Below are positions 19,951-29,327 of a stretch of 64,000 nt of DNA, in pieces. The stretch is from the IMG/VR virus record IMGVR_UViG_3300045016_000140, positions 10,670 through 74,669 of that record; one strand, 5' to 3'. Position 1 is the stretch's first letter, and every line of letters begins with the position of its first letter. Below the pieces are notes generated by a model, which was given only the letters and a program-made list of their open reading frames with translations, was not told the DNA's origin and did not search any database. The position numbers were made by a program, and so were the translations under genes. Source of the stretch: a virus.

Positions 19951-21444
19951 ATGGCTGTTTTAGATAGTACGGTATGGGACATTGATTTATATATTGGCAA
20001 TTCGGCTATCAATTTTGGCAATAGTTCATCGAACAGCGGCAATCCAGATAATGTCGAGAAATTTGAATGGGCGAGCTATTTAAATTCTGGGTATACAATT
20101 AGGGCAACTGTGCTATCTCCCAATTGGCAGACTTTTGCCACTTTAATGGATGATTTTTACAAGTCAGTTAGGCAGACTGAGAGCCCTGTGGTTGTTAGGT
20201 TTAGAATCGGCTGGCGCAGTAGTGGGTCTGATTTTGACTTAAAACACACCCCATGGCGCACTGCTATATTGACAGACATTAATAGCTATGGTAGTGCTCA
20301 TTATGGTGCACCATTTGAATTTGTAGCAATTGATCCAATATCGTACTTCATTAATCGTGGCATGAAGGATGCTGGGAAAGTTTATAGGGGCAAAATTGGT
20401 GGTGACGATGGCGTGATACGCAAGGTATTGGATGAATATATACCATCGCACTTAAATATCGTCACTGATGAGTCTGTGAAGCGTAGCGATATTGCCAATG
20501 GGCGTTCTATACAAATCAATAAAACAGTTGGCGACACCAATGATCCACCATCCGTTTATGGCATGATGCATCAGAATGCTAAGTCTTTTATAATGTCGCT
20601 TCTTGAATGGTCGGCGTCATTCACTCCGAATCAAACGTCATGGATTGTGTCATGTGGTGAAGACAATGATGGATTAAATATTTCGATCACTGAAAGCTAT
20701 ACCCCTGTCGACAAGTTACTAAGGCGTAAATCTGGACCTAATATCAAGCCTTCTGTGCCCATTTTTCAATTTGGTGGGGCTGTCAATAAAACCGCTTCTA
20801 ATGTACGTAAGTGGAAGTTTGAAGGCAATGCGATGACCGCTACTCTGTATACAGTTTTGACCACCAGCGGGATATCGTCAGTGTCTGGGCAATATTATGA
20901 TGATGATACGTTAAGCGTACGCAATTATAATCCACAGACTGGCGAGGAATTTTACTCTGGGGATGTAATTGTTAATGACCGTATGACGCCAAATAAGATT
21001 AATCCGAGCACTGACATTAAGAGAGCGTTTGATCGCCCATTATATGAGGATTATGGTTGGACGCATATTCCATCGTTAGTCGAACCTAGCGCTGGCGATC
21101 TTGGACCATATAAGAATTATATTTCTGGTAAGGCCAGACAAATATATTTTAACATGCTGCGGTTTATTAGCCGGATGGATATTCAGGCGCAAGGCGAACC
21201 GACCTTGTATGATTCTTATGATCTTGGTAGGATGTTTATTACATTGCAATTTCCGGCGGATCAGCCAGCGAGTGATTGGCGGTCTCCGTTTGACGGCAAT
21301 TGGATTCTAGATGGCTGGCATCACAGACTTGGGCCTCATGGTTGGACGACAGATGTTAGTATGTATAGAATTGATTGGAATGCGTTCGCCTATCCTGGAT
21401 ATGATGGGTATGGTAATATTACTAGGCAACTAGAGCTGATGTAA
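19951..21444 (+). CDS. putative baseplate hub protein (gp27/gpD-like)
   Basis: Position before the tape measure; C-term GEP...DGNWILDGWHH...WTT resembles hub proteins. Confidence 0.45.
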   Translation: MAVLDSTVWDIDLYIGNSAINFGNSSSNSGNPDNVEKFEWASYLNSGYTIRATVLSPNWQTFATLMDDFYKSVRQTESPVVVRFRIGWRSSGSDFDLKHTPWRTAILTDINSYGSAHYGAPFEFVAIDPISYFINRGMKDAGKVYRGKIGGDDGVIRKVLDEYIPSHLNIVTDESVKRSDIANGRSIQINKTVGDTNDPPSVYGMMHQNAKSFIMSLLEWSASFTPNQTSWIVSCGEDNDGLNISITESYTPVDKLLRRKSGPNIKPSVPIFQFGGAVNKTASNVRKWKFEGNAMTATLYTVLTTSGISSVSGQYYDDDTLSVRNYNPQTGEEFYSGDVIVNDRMTPNKINPSTDIKRAFDRPLYEDYGWTHIPSLVEPSAGDLGPYKNYISGKARQIYFNMLRFISRMDIQAQGEPTLYDSYDLGRMFITLQFPADQPASDWRSPFDGNWILDGWHHRLGPHGWTTDVSMYRIDWNAFAYPGYDGYGNITRQLELM

Positions 21445-21454
21445 GGTAAGCAAA

Positions 21455-24109
21455 ATGGCCGAAACGCCAGCATATGACATAAATAAAGATGCATTGTCTG
21501 ATGCCATACAGATGACAGCGCAATTACATACTGGCTATTCACAAATAGTTGGATCTCTAGGGCAAGCTTATGAAATTCAAGATCAACTATTAAACAGCGC
21601 CGTGAACCTTAAGAGTCAAGTCCAAGACCTTTATAATACTGTAGACGTGGTACGCAGATCATGGGGTGATTTTCAGACCGATTTCGCGCGAATTAATTAT
21701 GATGCGACAAAGTTGAATAAAGATCAAATTATAGCCAATCAGAAACAGATAGAACAATTAAATCAAATGCTTAATGATGCCGAATTGAAAGAGCATTTGC
21801 ATTATAAAGAAGTCGATGCTTTAAGGACGCAACTTGTAGAACGCATGAAGATTAACAAAGCGGCTGTTGAAGCCAATTCGCTGATGAGCCGATTTGGCGT
21901 CATTATGAAGAACATCGGGCTTGAAAAAGTGCATGATAGCATTAAAGGATTTACCACATTAAAGGGAGTGATGGCGTATCTGGTTCTGCAAATAAAAGGT
22001 TTAATTGATATGGCCGATAGATATAGATATATTAACAATCAGATGTATGGCAATACTGTTGCCATGGCCAGGACAGTCGCCAGGGTGCAGATGCAAGCTG
22101 GCGTGCTCGCCGATGAGGCACGGGCGGCGTATGAGGCCTTGCGTGATGTTGCCATAGATCCAACAATTATTGAGGCATCTGCCAGGGCATTGGCTGAATT
22201 CGCGGCCGAGACGGGTATAGCTGCTGAGGTTGGCGCATTATTTGCCAAGAGAGTTGAAGCGATGGGAATGTCGTCCCAGGTCGCTCAGATGCAATTTAAT
22301 TATATTAGGGCTTCGATGCAGAAGTTTGGTTTGACAGCCCATGATTCTGCGGCCATAATGGGATACATGAACAAGAACATCTTCTTATTAACCAATATAA
22401 TGGGTAAAGCTGGCGTCGCTAAGTTTGGCAAAGAATTCGCGTTGTTGTCTGGTTTTGTTAAGGTGACCGGTGGCGATATAGCTGAATTTGTCAGTCTAAT
22501 GGAGGAAATGACTGAGAATGCCGAGAAGTTTATAGTTGGCATTGGCAGTGCGTTCATGCTTGGAGACCCAGCCGAGAGAATGGCTGTGCTGATGGATAGG
22601 TCCGGGGCCATGGTGGACCAGTTAGCGGGGATACCAGCCGTTTTTAGGCCCGGAATATTTAGGGATATGTTTGGCGTCAGTATTAATCAGGCTGAGCAGT
22701 TTAAAAAAGTGGCCGAGTTTGTACGCACGAAATATGGCAAGAGTGTTCAAGAAGTAATGAGGGATTTGCGAGTTGGCGGTAAAAGCGCCGCCGAGGCGAT
22801 GGCACAATTAAATAAGGAATTTCAGATTGCGGAATTGGTCACAAGACGCACTGCCTCTGGTGGTTATGATTATAAAGTTGCGCTTGATACGATAAACATG
22901 GCTGCTCGCGAATTGGTTGGTAGAGTGATAGAGCCGCTTGTGAGGCTATTAGATAAACTAGCACAGATGTGGCTGATGCTTAATGAACCTACGAAAAAAG
23001 CCATTGGCGTCATTGGTCTTGCGGTTGTTGCGTTTATAACATTAACGTTCATTGTGATTAGGGTAATGAGAACGATTGCGTTGTTTCAATCGGTTTTTGG
23101 CATAGCCTCAAGAGCAATGGCTGCTGACGCCGCTGTTACTAGCGCTGGCGTTGCCACCGGTGCTCAGACAATGGGTAGGGCTATATCGTGGGATATAATT
23201 GCGAAGATAGCCGCCTTGGCAGTGGTTGTTATGGCCATTGCAACTGCCATATGGATGCTGGCTAAGGTTCCAAGAGATGCATTAATTGACATTGGTTTAT
23301 CGATTGGAATTGTAGCAATTGGATTGGCTGTGATTGGGTCGGCAGCGACGGGGGCCGCTGTGCCATTATTGGTGTTAGCGCTAGTGGTGGTTGCCATTGG
23401 TGCTGCCATATGGTTGGCGGCCACTGGCATTTCTAGTATGGCTATGTCGTTGGCTGAATTGAATGGCGTTGATGTATGGGGTTTGGGTTTTGCGCTTGGT
23501 GCGCTCGCTGCCGCTATGGTTGGACTGGCGACGGTTACTCCATTCTTATGGATCAGTTCATGGTATATGGGCGGGGTCGCGCGGTCAATCAAGACGATGT
23601 TAATGGCGGCGCAAAGCAACGCCGCAGGAATAAATGTGCTGAAGACTTTCGCCGAATCTATTACAATGATTATGAAAGGCGAGAACTTCCTATATACAAA
23701 TAGGTTGAAAGAATTAGCCGTCGCCTTATCTGATTCATTTGGGATGCTTAGTAATAATCTCAAGACATACGCTTTTGACATTGAAAATGTAGCGTCTAGA
23801 ATAAACAGAGCAATAAGTAGTGCGACTGAAAAGCTTAAAGAATTTAATGCGAATCAGCCGAAAGCAGTAGCTTCCGAAATAAAGGTTGGCTTTGATGTTA
23901 GTACATTGGATGTTCAGAAAGGGCAGATACATAGTATGGATAATTTAAGTAATGCCATCAATAAATTATTAGACAAGATTAATAGTATTGATATAGCCGG
24001 TAGCAAAAATACGGTTGGCAGCATTCTCGGTGAATTGAAGAAATATTTACCGACCATGGCCGAACAGAAGGATACTCCCCTTGGGAAGCCACAGGGTAAT
24101 TGGGCTTAA
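21455..24109 (+). CDS. tail tape measure protein
   Basis: 884 aa, helical, Ala/Gly-rich with long hydrophobic segments, within the tail/baseplate cluster. Confidence 0.75.
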   Translation: MAETPAYDINKDALSDAIQMTAQLHTGYSQIVGSLGQAYEIQDQLLNSAVNLKSQVQDLYNTVDVVRRSWGDFQTDFARINYDATKLNKDQIIANQKQIEQLNQMLNDAELKEHLHYKEVDALRTQLVERMKINKAAVEANSLMSRFGVIMKNIGLEKVHDSIKGFTTLKGVMAYLVLQIKGLIDMADRYRYINNQMYGNTVAMARTVARVQMQAGVLADEARAAYEALRDVAIDPTIIEASARALAEFAAETGIAAEVGALFAKRVEAMGMSSQVAQMQFNYIRASMQKFGLTAHDSAAIMGYMNKNIFLLTNIMGKAGVAKFGKEFALLSGFVKVTGGDIAEFVSLMEEMTENAEKFIVGIGSAFMLGDPAERMAVLMDRSGAMVDQLAGIPAVFRPGIFRDMFGVSINQAEQFKKVAEFVRTKYGKSVQEVMRDLRVGGKSAAEAMAQLNKEFQIAELVTRRTASGGYDYKVALDTINMAARELVGRVIEPLVRLLDKLAQMWLMLNEPTKKAIGVIGLAVVAFITLTFIVIRVMRTIALFQSVFGIASRAMAADAAVTSAGVATGAQTMGRAISWDIIAKIAALAVVVMAIATAIWMLAKVPRDALIDIGLSIGIVAIGLAVIGSAATGAAVPLLVLALVVVAIGAAIWLAATGISSMAMSLAELNGVDVWGLGFALGALAAAMVGLATVTPFLWISSWYMGGVARSIKTMLMAAQSNAAGINVLKTFAESITMIMKGENFLYTNRLKELAVALSDSFGMLSNNLKTYAFDIENVASRINRAISSATEKLKEFNANQPKAVASEIKVGFDVSTLDVQKGQIHSMDNLSNAINKLLDKINSIDIAGSKNTVGSILGELKKYLPTMAEQKDTPLGKPQGNWA

Positions 24110-24121
24110 TAGGAGTATGTT

Positions 24122-25075
24122 ATGCCGTTAACTGAAGTTGATCAGCGAATGTTACAAAGAGCAAGATTAACGCTTGATATGAACATCGCGAACATTACAT
24201 CAAAAATTGTGAAAAGAAATGATCCAGTCGTCAAAGCTCCGACTACGGCCCCGGCCCCGGCTCAAACTCAACCCAGCTCATTTTGGAGAGCATTGACTGC
24301 AATCCCCGATATAGGTACAGTCTCTGCGATCACTGCGGCTGGTGTGGTCATTAAAAAATTGACAAATCCGACAGACGCCAAAAAAGAAACTGCCGACATT
24401 ACTGAATATGAACACAGCACCACCAGCAAGACAGTGCGCATACCGTTTCAATATCCAGTGATTATTGTTAGTGACAATAAAGAAGGTGACTGGAAAGAAT
24501 TTCAAACTCGTCAAGCGGAACCAATCGCGATATATATGGGTGGTAAAGCGAGAACCATAGAATTAAAATGGTCATATATAATTAATAATGAAACGTGGCC
24601 AGATAATTTTGTGAATGTGCAGACTTGGGATGCTAGAACAATATCGACGATTGTGAAATTGCTTAGAGGACAATTTTATACTTCTGCTCTAAGTGGATTA
24701 ATCGTACGATTTTGGGCTTATGACATAATTGGACCAAATACAGGTATGTCGTATACATTTAGAATGGATTCTTTAAAGATAAGTCATAGCGACACCATGG
24801 TGTGTTCAGATATGAGCATAGAAGATCAAAAAATACAAATTATGGTAGCGGGATCGCCAGGCGAAGCACAAGTGCCAATTAAGACTTTTTATACATACCC
24901 ATTGAGAACAGATATAGCGGCTACGCTTAAATTTTATGTTAATTCAATGCCCAAGGATGAAAATGTGTTTGGTGAAAGCTACAAACCTGGTGCCGGTGAG
25001 AAACTTAGTAGTGAATCTGCCATAAAAGTTATCGAGCTCGGCATGCCGGTTCCCAATGAAATAGAGTGGTTTTAA
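24122..25075 (+). CDS. baseplate/tube initiator-like protein
   Basis: PFQYP...R.AEPIAIY.GGKARTI.L; lies between tape measure and wedge genes. Confidence 0.5.
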   Translation: MPLTEVDQRMLQRARLTLDMNIANITSKIVKRNDPVVKAPTTAPAPAQTQPSSFWRALTAIPDIGTVSAITAAGVVIKKLTNPTDAKKETADITEYEHSTTSKTVRIPFQYPVIIVSDNKEGDWKEFQTRQAEPIAIYMGGKARTIELKWSYIINNETWPDNFVNVQTWDARTISTIVKLLRGQFYTSALSGLIVRFWAYDIIGPNTGMSYTFRMDSLKISHSDTMVCSDMSIEDQKIQIMVAGSPGEAQVPIKTFYTYPLRTDIAATLKFYVNSMPKDENVFGESYKPGAGEKLSSESAIKVIELGMPVPNEIEWF

Positions 25076-25368
25076 TGGCAATAGATGTAACATCGCGATT
25101 TAAATACACGCCCTATATAAAATTTGGCGGCCAGACCACATATGGACTTTGGGTAAAACCACGATTCATGACCGCCGCAAGATATACAACATATAAAGTA
25201 TATAGTGGAATGGGTGGAAGATTAGATTTAATATCAGACGATGTATATGACACCCCAGATTTATATTGGGTAATAGCGATGTTCAATAATGTACGAACGC
25301 TCAATTGGCCGCCGGTTGGCGTAACTATAAAGATACCACTAAAGGAGGATATACTTTACGAGTTCTGA
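25075..25368 (+). CDS. LysM/gp53-like baseplate wedge protein
   Basis: SRF, GRLDLISDDVYDTPDLYWVIAMFN, G..IKIP. Confidence 0.75.
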   Translation: MAIDVTSRFKYTPYIKFGGQTTYGLWVKPRFMTAARYTTYKVYSGMGGRLDLISDDVYDTPDLYWVIAMFNNVRTLNWPPVGVTIKIPLKEDILYEF

Positions 25369-27583
25369 CCCAGCCCTCAACAATATCTGGAATTCATTCG
25401 TAGAGAACCGAAACCAAAGGATAACCAATCGGTTCCCGGGTATGTATCGCGCAATTGTGGTGGAGACTAATGATCCACTACAAATGCACCGTGTGCGGTT
25501 CAAATGTCCAGAACTGCATGATTATAATACTAAAACGGAAGATTGTCCATGGGCCGTTCCCGCCAATGATCTTGGCACCAAAAGATGTGGAAGATGGTCA
25601 TACCCATGCATAGGCGACTGGGTGTGGATACAATTTGAGAAAAATCATCCATATGGTCCGGTTTGGACTGGATTTGCTGACCCAACAAGGCGTAAATTCT
25701 ATACACTGCCATCCATAAGCGGCCCGACGCCACGACCAGTGGATGCGCAAGGTACGCCATTGGATGAATCACCGGATGATTATGATGTAGACTATCTTCC
25801 GGCCGACGGGCGGCCGATGTCTCACGGTTGGCAGGATAGATATGGCAATCTTGATATGCATAATTCAGTTGGGTTCTTCCCGATTGAGCATGCGGCTTCA
25901 CCGCCAAGGAATCTAGATACTGACAATATAGGCGGTAACTCTAACGCTAGATTTGTGCAGCAAGAGAATGCTCCAGTTGCAAATAACCCGGATTCTAAAT
26001 ATATGTTGAGGATGACCAAGTACGGCCATATGGTATTGCAGTCCGACTCCGGGTATTTGTGGCAGAATGAATTCAAAGGTGATTTTGAGCAGGATGAAAC
26101 GTTTGAGATAAATAGATGGAAATATTATCAAAGATTAATTCATGAGGATAAACCGTCTGGACATGATGAACGAAGATTGATGTTGTTAACTAGATATGGT
26201 CACAAATTTGAATTAAGGGATGTTGGGTGGAATATATCTCGCAGTGGTGAATTTGGTCCCTCTGTCTCGCTGTCCAGCGGTGCCAAAGATCAACGGTGGA
26301 TAAAGTTAAGGTCTAAGGGTGGGCATTTAATTGAACTATGTGACATTGGATCTGATCCGATGAATGATGAATATGTTCAAAGAAGCCTAATGGATGAGTT
26401 AGATGGAACTAAGATATATATGCGATTATCAGATAGAGCAATATTGACGGAAGATGAGTATAATAATACTCCGGCCAATAATCGTGAGATGATTGTTGTT
26501 GGGGATAAAGAGGAAAAGTTTGAATCTGACGCCAGGTTTATTAGGATGGTGACCAGGTCGGGCATTAAAATGGCGATAGATGACAGAGGCAGCGACAGCA
26601 CAAAAGCGCAAGATAAGAATTTGGAGAATGATAAGATTGGCACTGGTGTGCTCATTAAAGGCAGGGCCACACCGGCTGGTAGAATACTTGATTCAGATGG
26701 CGTCCATACTGAGAATTCATATCCTAATAAATCTGGCGATCCGGTTGGATATTATTGGCAAATAAATGAACATTCCGATTATAATTGCACTGATTGGGGA
26801 AGTCCGCTTGGGCAAGTTATTGAAATGAACGACAATGATGAGGTACTAACAATTTGCACTGGGCTTGTTGATTTGCCATCTAAGTGGGAGGGTCTGGAAG
26901 ATAATGAATTTTTGCTATATACTGCCAATGCAATGGAACCAATGGCCAATACCCATCATTTAGTGTTGAATCATCGCAATGAATTCATAAGATTAAAGTC
27001 TAGGGCTGGCCATGGCGCAGCTCCATATGCCACCGATAAAACGCCAGTTGATGGTGAATTCCAGGGTTTGGAAATTCATGACAGTGCGGCGTCACCATGG
27101 GTTGAATTAGTTGATTATCAGCACCGTGGGCTATGGTTTAGCGGGCAATATGGCATCGGTGTGTTAAGGGCGAAGGCCGACAAGGATATAATTATATGGT
27201 ATGATGATACCAATGACAAGATAGTGATTAGGAATAATACTGACAATGGACGCGTCCAGATATATTGTGCTGGGAATGTCGATATAGTTAGCGATAAGGA
27301 TGTCAATATATCTGCGGCTAACGATGTGAATATCCAGGCTGGTGGTAGTGTTAGATTGAAGGCTAGCGCCTTGTCGGGTGATCCGGGTTTGGCTACGTTA
27401 AATGCGTTGTCTTTCGACACTAATCGTGATGTTATGGGTATGTCTATTCTTGGGTTTTTCCCGCAGATAAATAATGGTGATGGCGGTCCTCCTGGTTGGG
27501 CATGCGGTAATGGTGAGGATATGGAGAATGTGGATGTTGAATCAGTTCCAGACGTCGTTGAGCCTGATGATAGAGCTACATAA
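25358..27583 (+). CDS. baseplate central spike (gp5/VgrG-like OB-fold); first ATG at 25442, SD-supported ACG at 25358
   Basis: RFPGMYRAIVVETNDP...RVRFKCP...WAVP...P.IGDWVWIQFE..HP..PVW.G; C-terminal beta-repeat region. Confidence 0.8.
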   Translation, partial: TSSDPALNNIWNSFVENRNQRITNRFPGMYRAIVVETNDPLQMHRVRFKCPELHDYNTKTEDCPWAVPANDLGTKRCGRWSYPCIGDWVWIQFEKNHPYGPVWTGFADPTRRKFYTLPSISGPTPRPVDAQGTPLDESPDDYDVDYLPADGRPMSHGWQDRYGNLDMHNSVGFFPIEHAASPPRNLDTDNIGGNSNARFVQQENAPVANNPDSKYMLRMTKYGHMVLQSDSGYLWQNEFKGDFEQDETFEINRWKYYQRLIHEDKPSGHDERRLMLLTRYGHKFELRDVGWNISRSGEFGPSVSLSSGAKDQRWIKLRSKGGHLIELCDIGSDPMNDEYVQRSLMDELDGTKIYMRLSDRAILTEDEYNNTPANNREMIVVGDKEEKFESDARFIRMVTRSGIKMAIDDRGSDSTKAQDKNLENDKIGTGVLIKGRATPAGRILDSDGVHTENSYPNKSGDPVGYYWQINEHSDYNCTDWGSPLGQVIEMNDNDEVLTICTGLVDLPSKWEGLEDNEFLLYTANAMEPMANTHHLVLNHRNEFIRLKSRAGHGAAPYATDKTPVDGEFQGLEIHDSAASPWVELVDYQHRGLWFSGQYGIGVLRAKADKDIIIWYDDTNDKIVIRNNTDNGRVQIYCAGNVDIVSDKDVNISAANDVNIQAGGSVRLKASALSGDPGLATLNALSFDTNRDVMGMSILGFFPQINNGDGGPPGWACGNGEDMENVDVESVPDVVEPDDRAT

Positions 27584-27611
27584 TTAACCAAATATATTTA
27601 AGGATAGACCA

Positions 27612-28241
27612 ATGAGTGAGCCAGAAAACATTTATGAAATAATGGCATTGGTGGAATCTGGCGATGCTTGGCAGAATCCATATGATGGCAAAGGCGCTGA
27701 AGCGTCTTCGTATTCAAATCAGATAGCATCTTATTTCAATAATCCACTTGTAATATTTCCAGCCAAGGATGCTTTGATAGCCGACGTTAGAGCGGCGGCA
27801 AGTACGGTCGCTAATGTAGAAAATGCGGTAGCTCAGCAGATTGATAATATAACTCCATTATTCGGGCAATTGGCTGCATATGAAACATATCAGCGGGCCT
27901 CTGAGGCGTGTGATATGGCTAATAAGGCATTTGGATTAGTGTTAAATTTATTGTCCGCTAGGGATGTTGATAGTGTGTTGCAAAATATGCAGGCCTTATT
28001 GCAATTGTTTAGGATAGATTCCTCGTTCATCACCAAAGTGAACGAAATATGGTCTAAAATAAAAGCCGATACAGTAGAGTTAAATAACATCATCAATACT
28101 CAAGAGAATGCTTGGAATGAAATATATAGTTATATAATGAATTATGCAGTTGCCAAGATGATATATGTGCAGAAGCATCCGTGCGTTAAGTTGGTCGAAA
28201 ATATAATAGCGACCGATGACTTGAAGAGGTTGTTGCCGTGA
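27612..28241 (+). CDS. hypothetical helical protein in baseplate cluster
   Basis: CAAATATA motif upstream; GTGA coupling to the next gene. Confidence 0.55.
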   Translation: MSEPENIYEIMALVESGDAWQNPYDGKGAEASSYSNQIASYFNNPLVIFPAKDALIADVRAAASTVANVENAVAQQIDNITPLFGQLAAYETYQRASEACDMANKAFGLVLNLLSARDVDSVLQNMQALLQLFRIDSSFITKVNEIWSKIKADTVELNNIINTQENAWNEIYSYIMNYAVAKMIYVQKHPCVKLVENIIATDDLKRLLP

Positions 28242-28924
28242 TAGTGCGTACGCCAACAGGATTATATTCGACGGTGCTTCCGAAGTCAAATTCGGATGAT
28301 ACCAGCGTTGTGTATACCATTAGCAGTATGGACCCTCCTCGCTCTACTCTGGCGTTTAACATGGTTCCAGCCGGGGCTCAGACGCTGGTTAATGATATAC
28401 ATGTTGAAGATTTAACGTCAATAGTTGGTGAATTATTATTCACCATAGATTATAATAGTAATTCTATTCTAGCGCAGGATAATAGGGCTGTGGCCGGGAT
28501 GCTAGTCACCCAGGATACTGACAAGAAATTACCGGCTCAGAACGTTGAGATAGGCAATAGTTTACAGTACGTTGACTATGACGTTGTTGGCATAGATAAT
28601 ACGATTAATATAGACGCTAATGTTAAATCAATTTCCAATGGTCTTTTGAAGGATATTAAAGCGTTGCAGACTCAGAAGTCTAGGCTTGAGACGGACGTAA
28701 GCAGTTATCAGAAAATTGTCACGGAAGCTAGTAGAGTGCTCCTAGCTTTGGATGTTGTTAAAGCGCGTGGTGGGAATGTTACCAGTGAGTATAATACGAT
28801 AACGCGCAATATGAATTCCGCGATATCGGCTCGTGACGTTGCTAGTAATAATATTGAAAACATTAATGCACAGATTGCTGAGTTGCAAGATAGCATCAGA
28901 GACTTATCTTACTTAATGAGGTAA
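28238..28924 (+). CDS. hypothetical protein with C-terminal coiled coil
   Basis: Coupled ORF with heptad pattern at the C-terminus. Confidence 0.55.
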   Translation: MIVRTPTGLYSTVLPKSNSDDTSVVYTISSMDPPRSTLAFNMVPAGAQTLVNDIHVEDLTSIVGELLFTIDYNSNSILAQDNRAVAGMLVTQDTDKKLPAQNVEIGNSLQYVDYDVVGIDNTINIDANVKSISNGLLKDIKALQTQKSRLETDVSSYQKIVTEASRVLLALDVVKARGGNVTSEYNTITRNMNSAISARDVASNNIENINAQIAELQDSIRDLSYLMR

Positions 28925-28925
28925 A

Positions 28926-29327
28926 ATGGCAATCATAGCTCCACAATATATAGGATATAATCCACCAATATTCGGCGGGCATCAGAATATATTGTCTAGG
29001 CAAGCTGGCGATAGGTTGATTAAAAATGATTTGCTACAATTATTGTTAACGTCATTCGGTGAAAGGGTTATGCGTCCCAGATGGGGGACGGCATTGCGCA
29101 CGACCGTGTTTGATAACATTGCCGTTGAGAATCTAGATAGTCTGGTCGCAAGTGTTGCTTCTTCAATCAATAGCATTGATGACAGAGTGGCTGCTACGGT
29201 AAGCGCGCACATCGTTGAGAATCAGGTAGTGGTGACGGTTTCCGGGTATTATACCGATTTGCCGGAGAAGAGGTTTGAGATAGAGTTAGGATTCCCGGTT
29301 GCCAGCGTGGAGAATAATAATGGCTGA
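28926..29327 (+). CDS. baseplate wedge / sheath initiator (gp25-like)
   Basis: IKNDLLQLLLTSFGERVMRPRWGT.L...FD. Confidence 0.88.
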   Translation: MAIIAPQYIGYNPPIFGGHQNILSRQAGDRLIKNDLLQLLLTSFGERVMRPRWGTALRTTVFDNIAVENLDSLVASVASSINSIDDRVAATVSAHIVENQVVVTVSGYYTDLPEKRFEIELGFPVASVENNNG

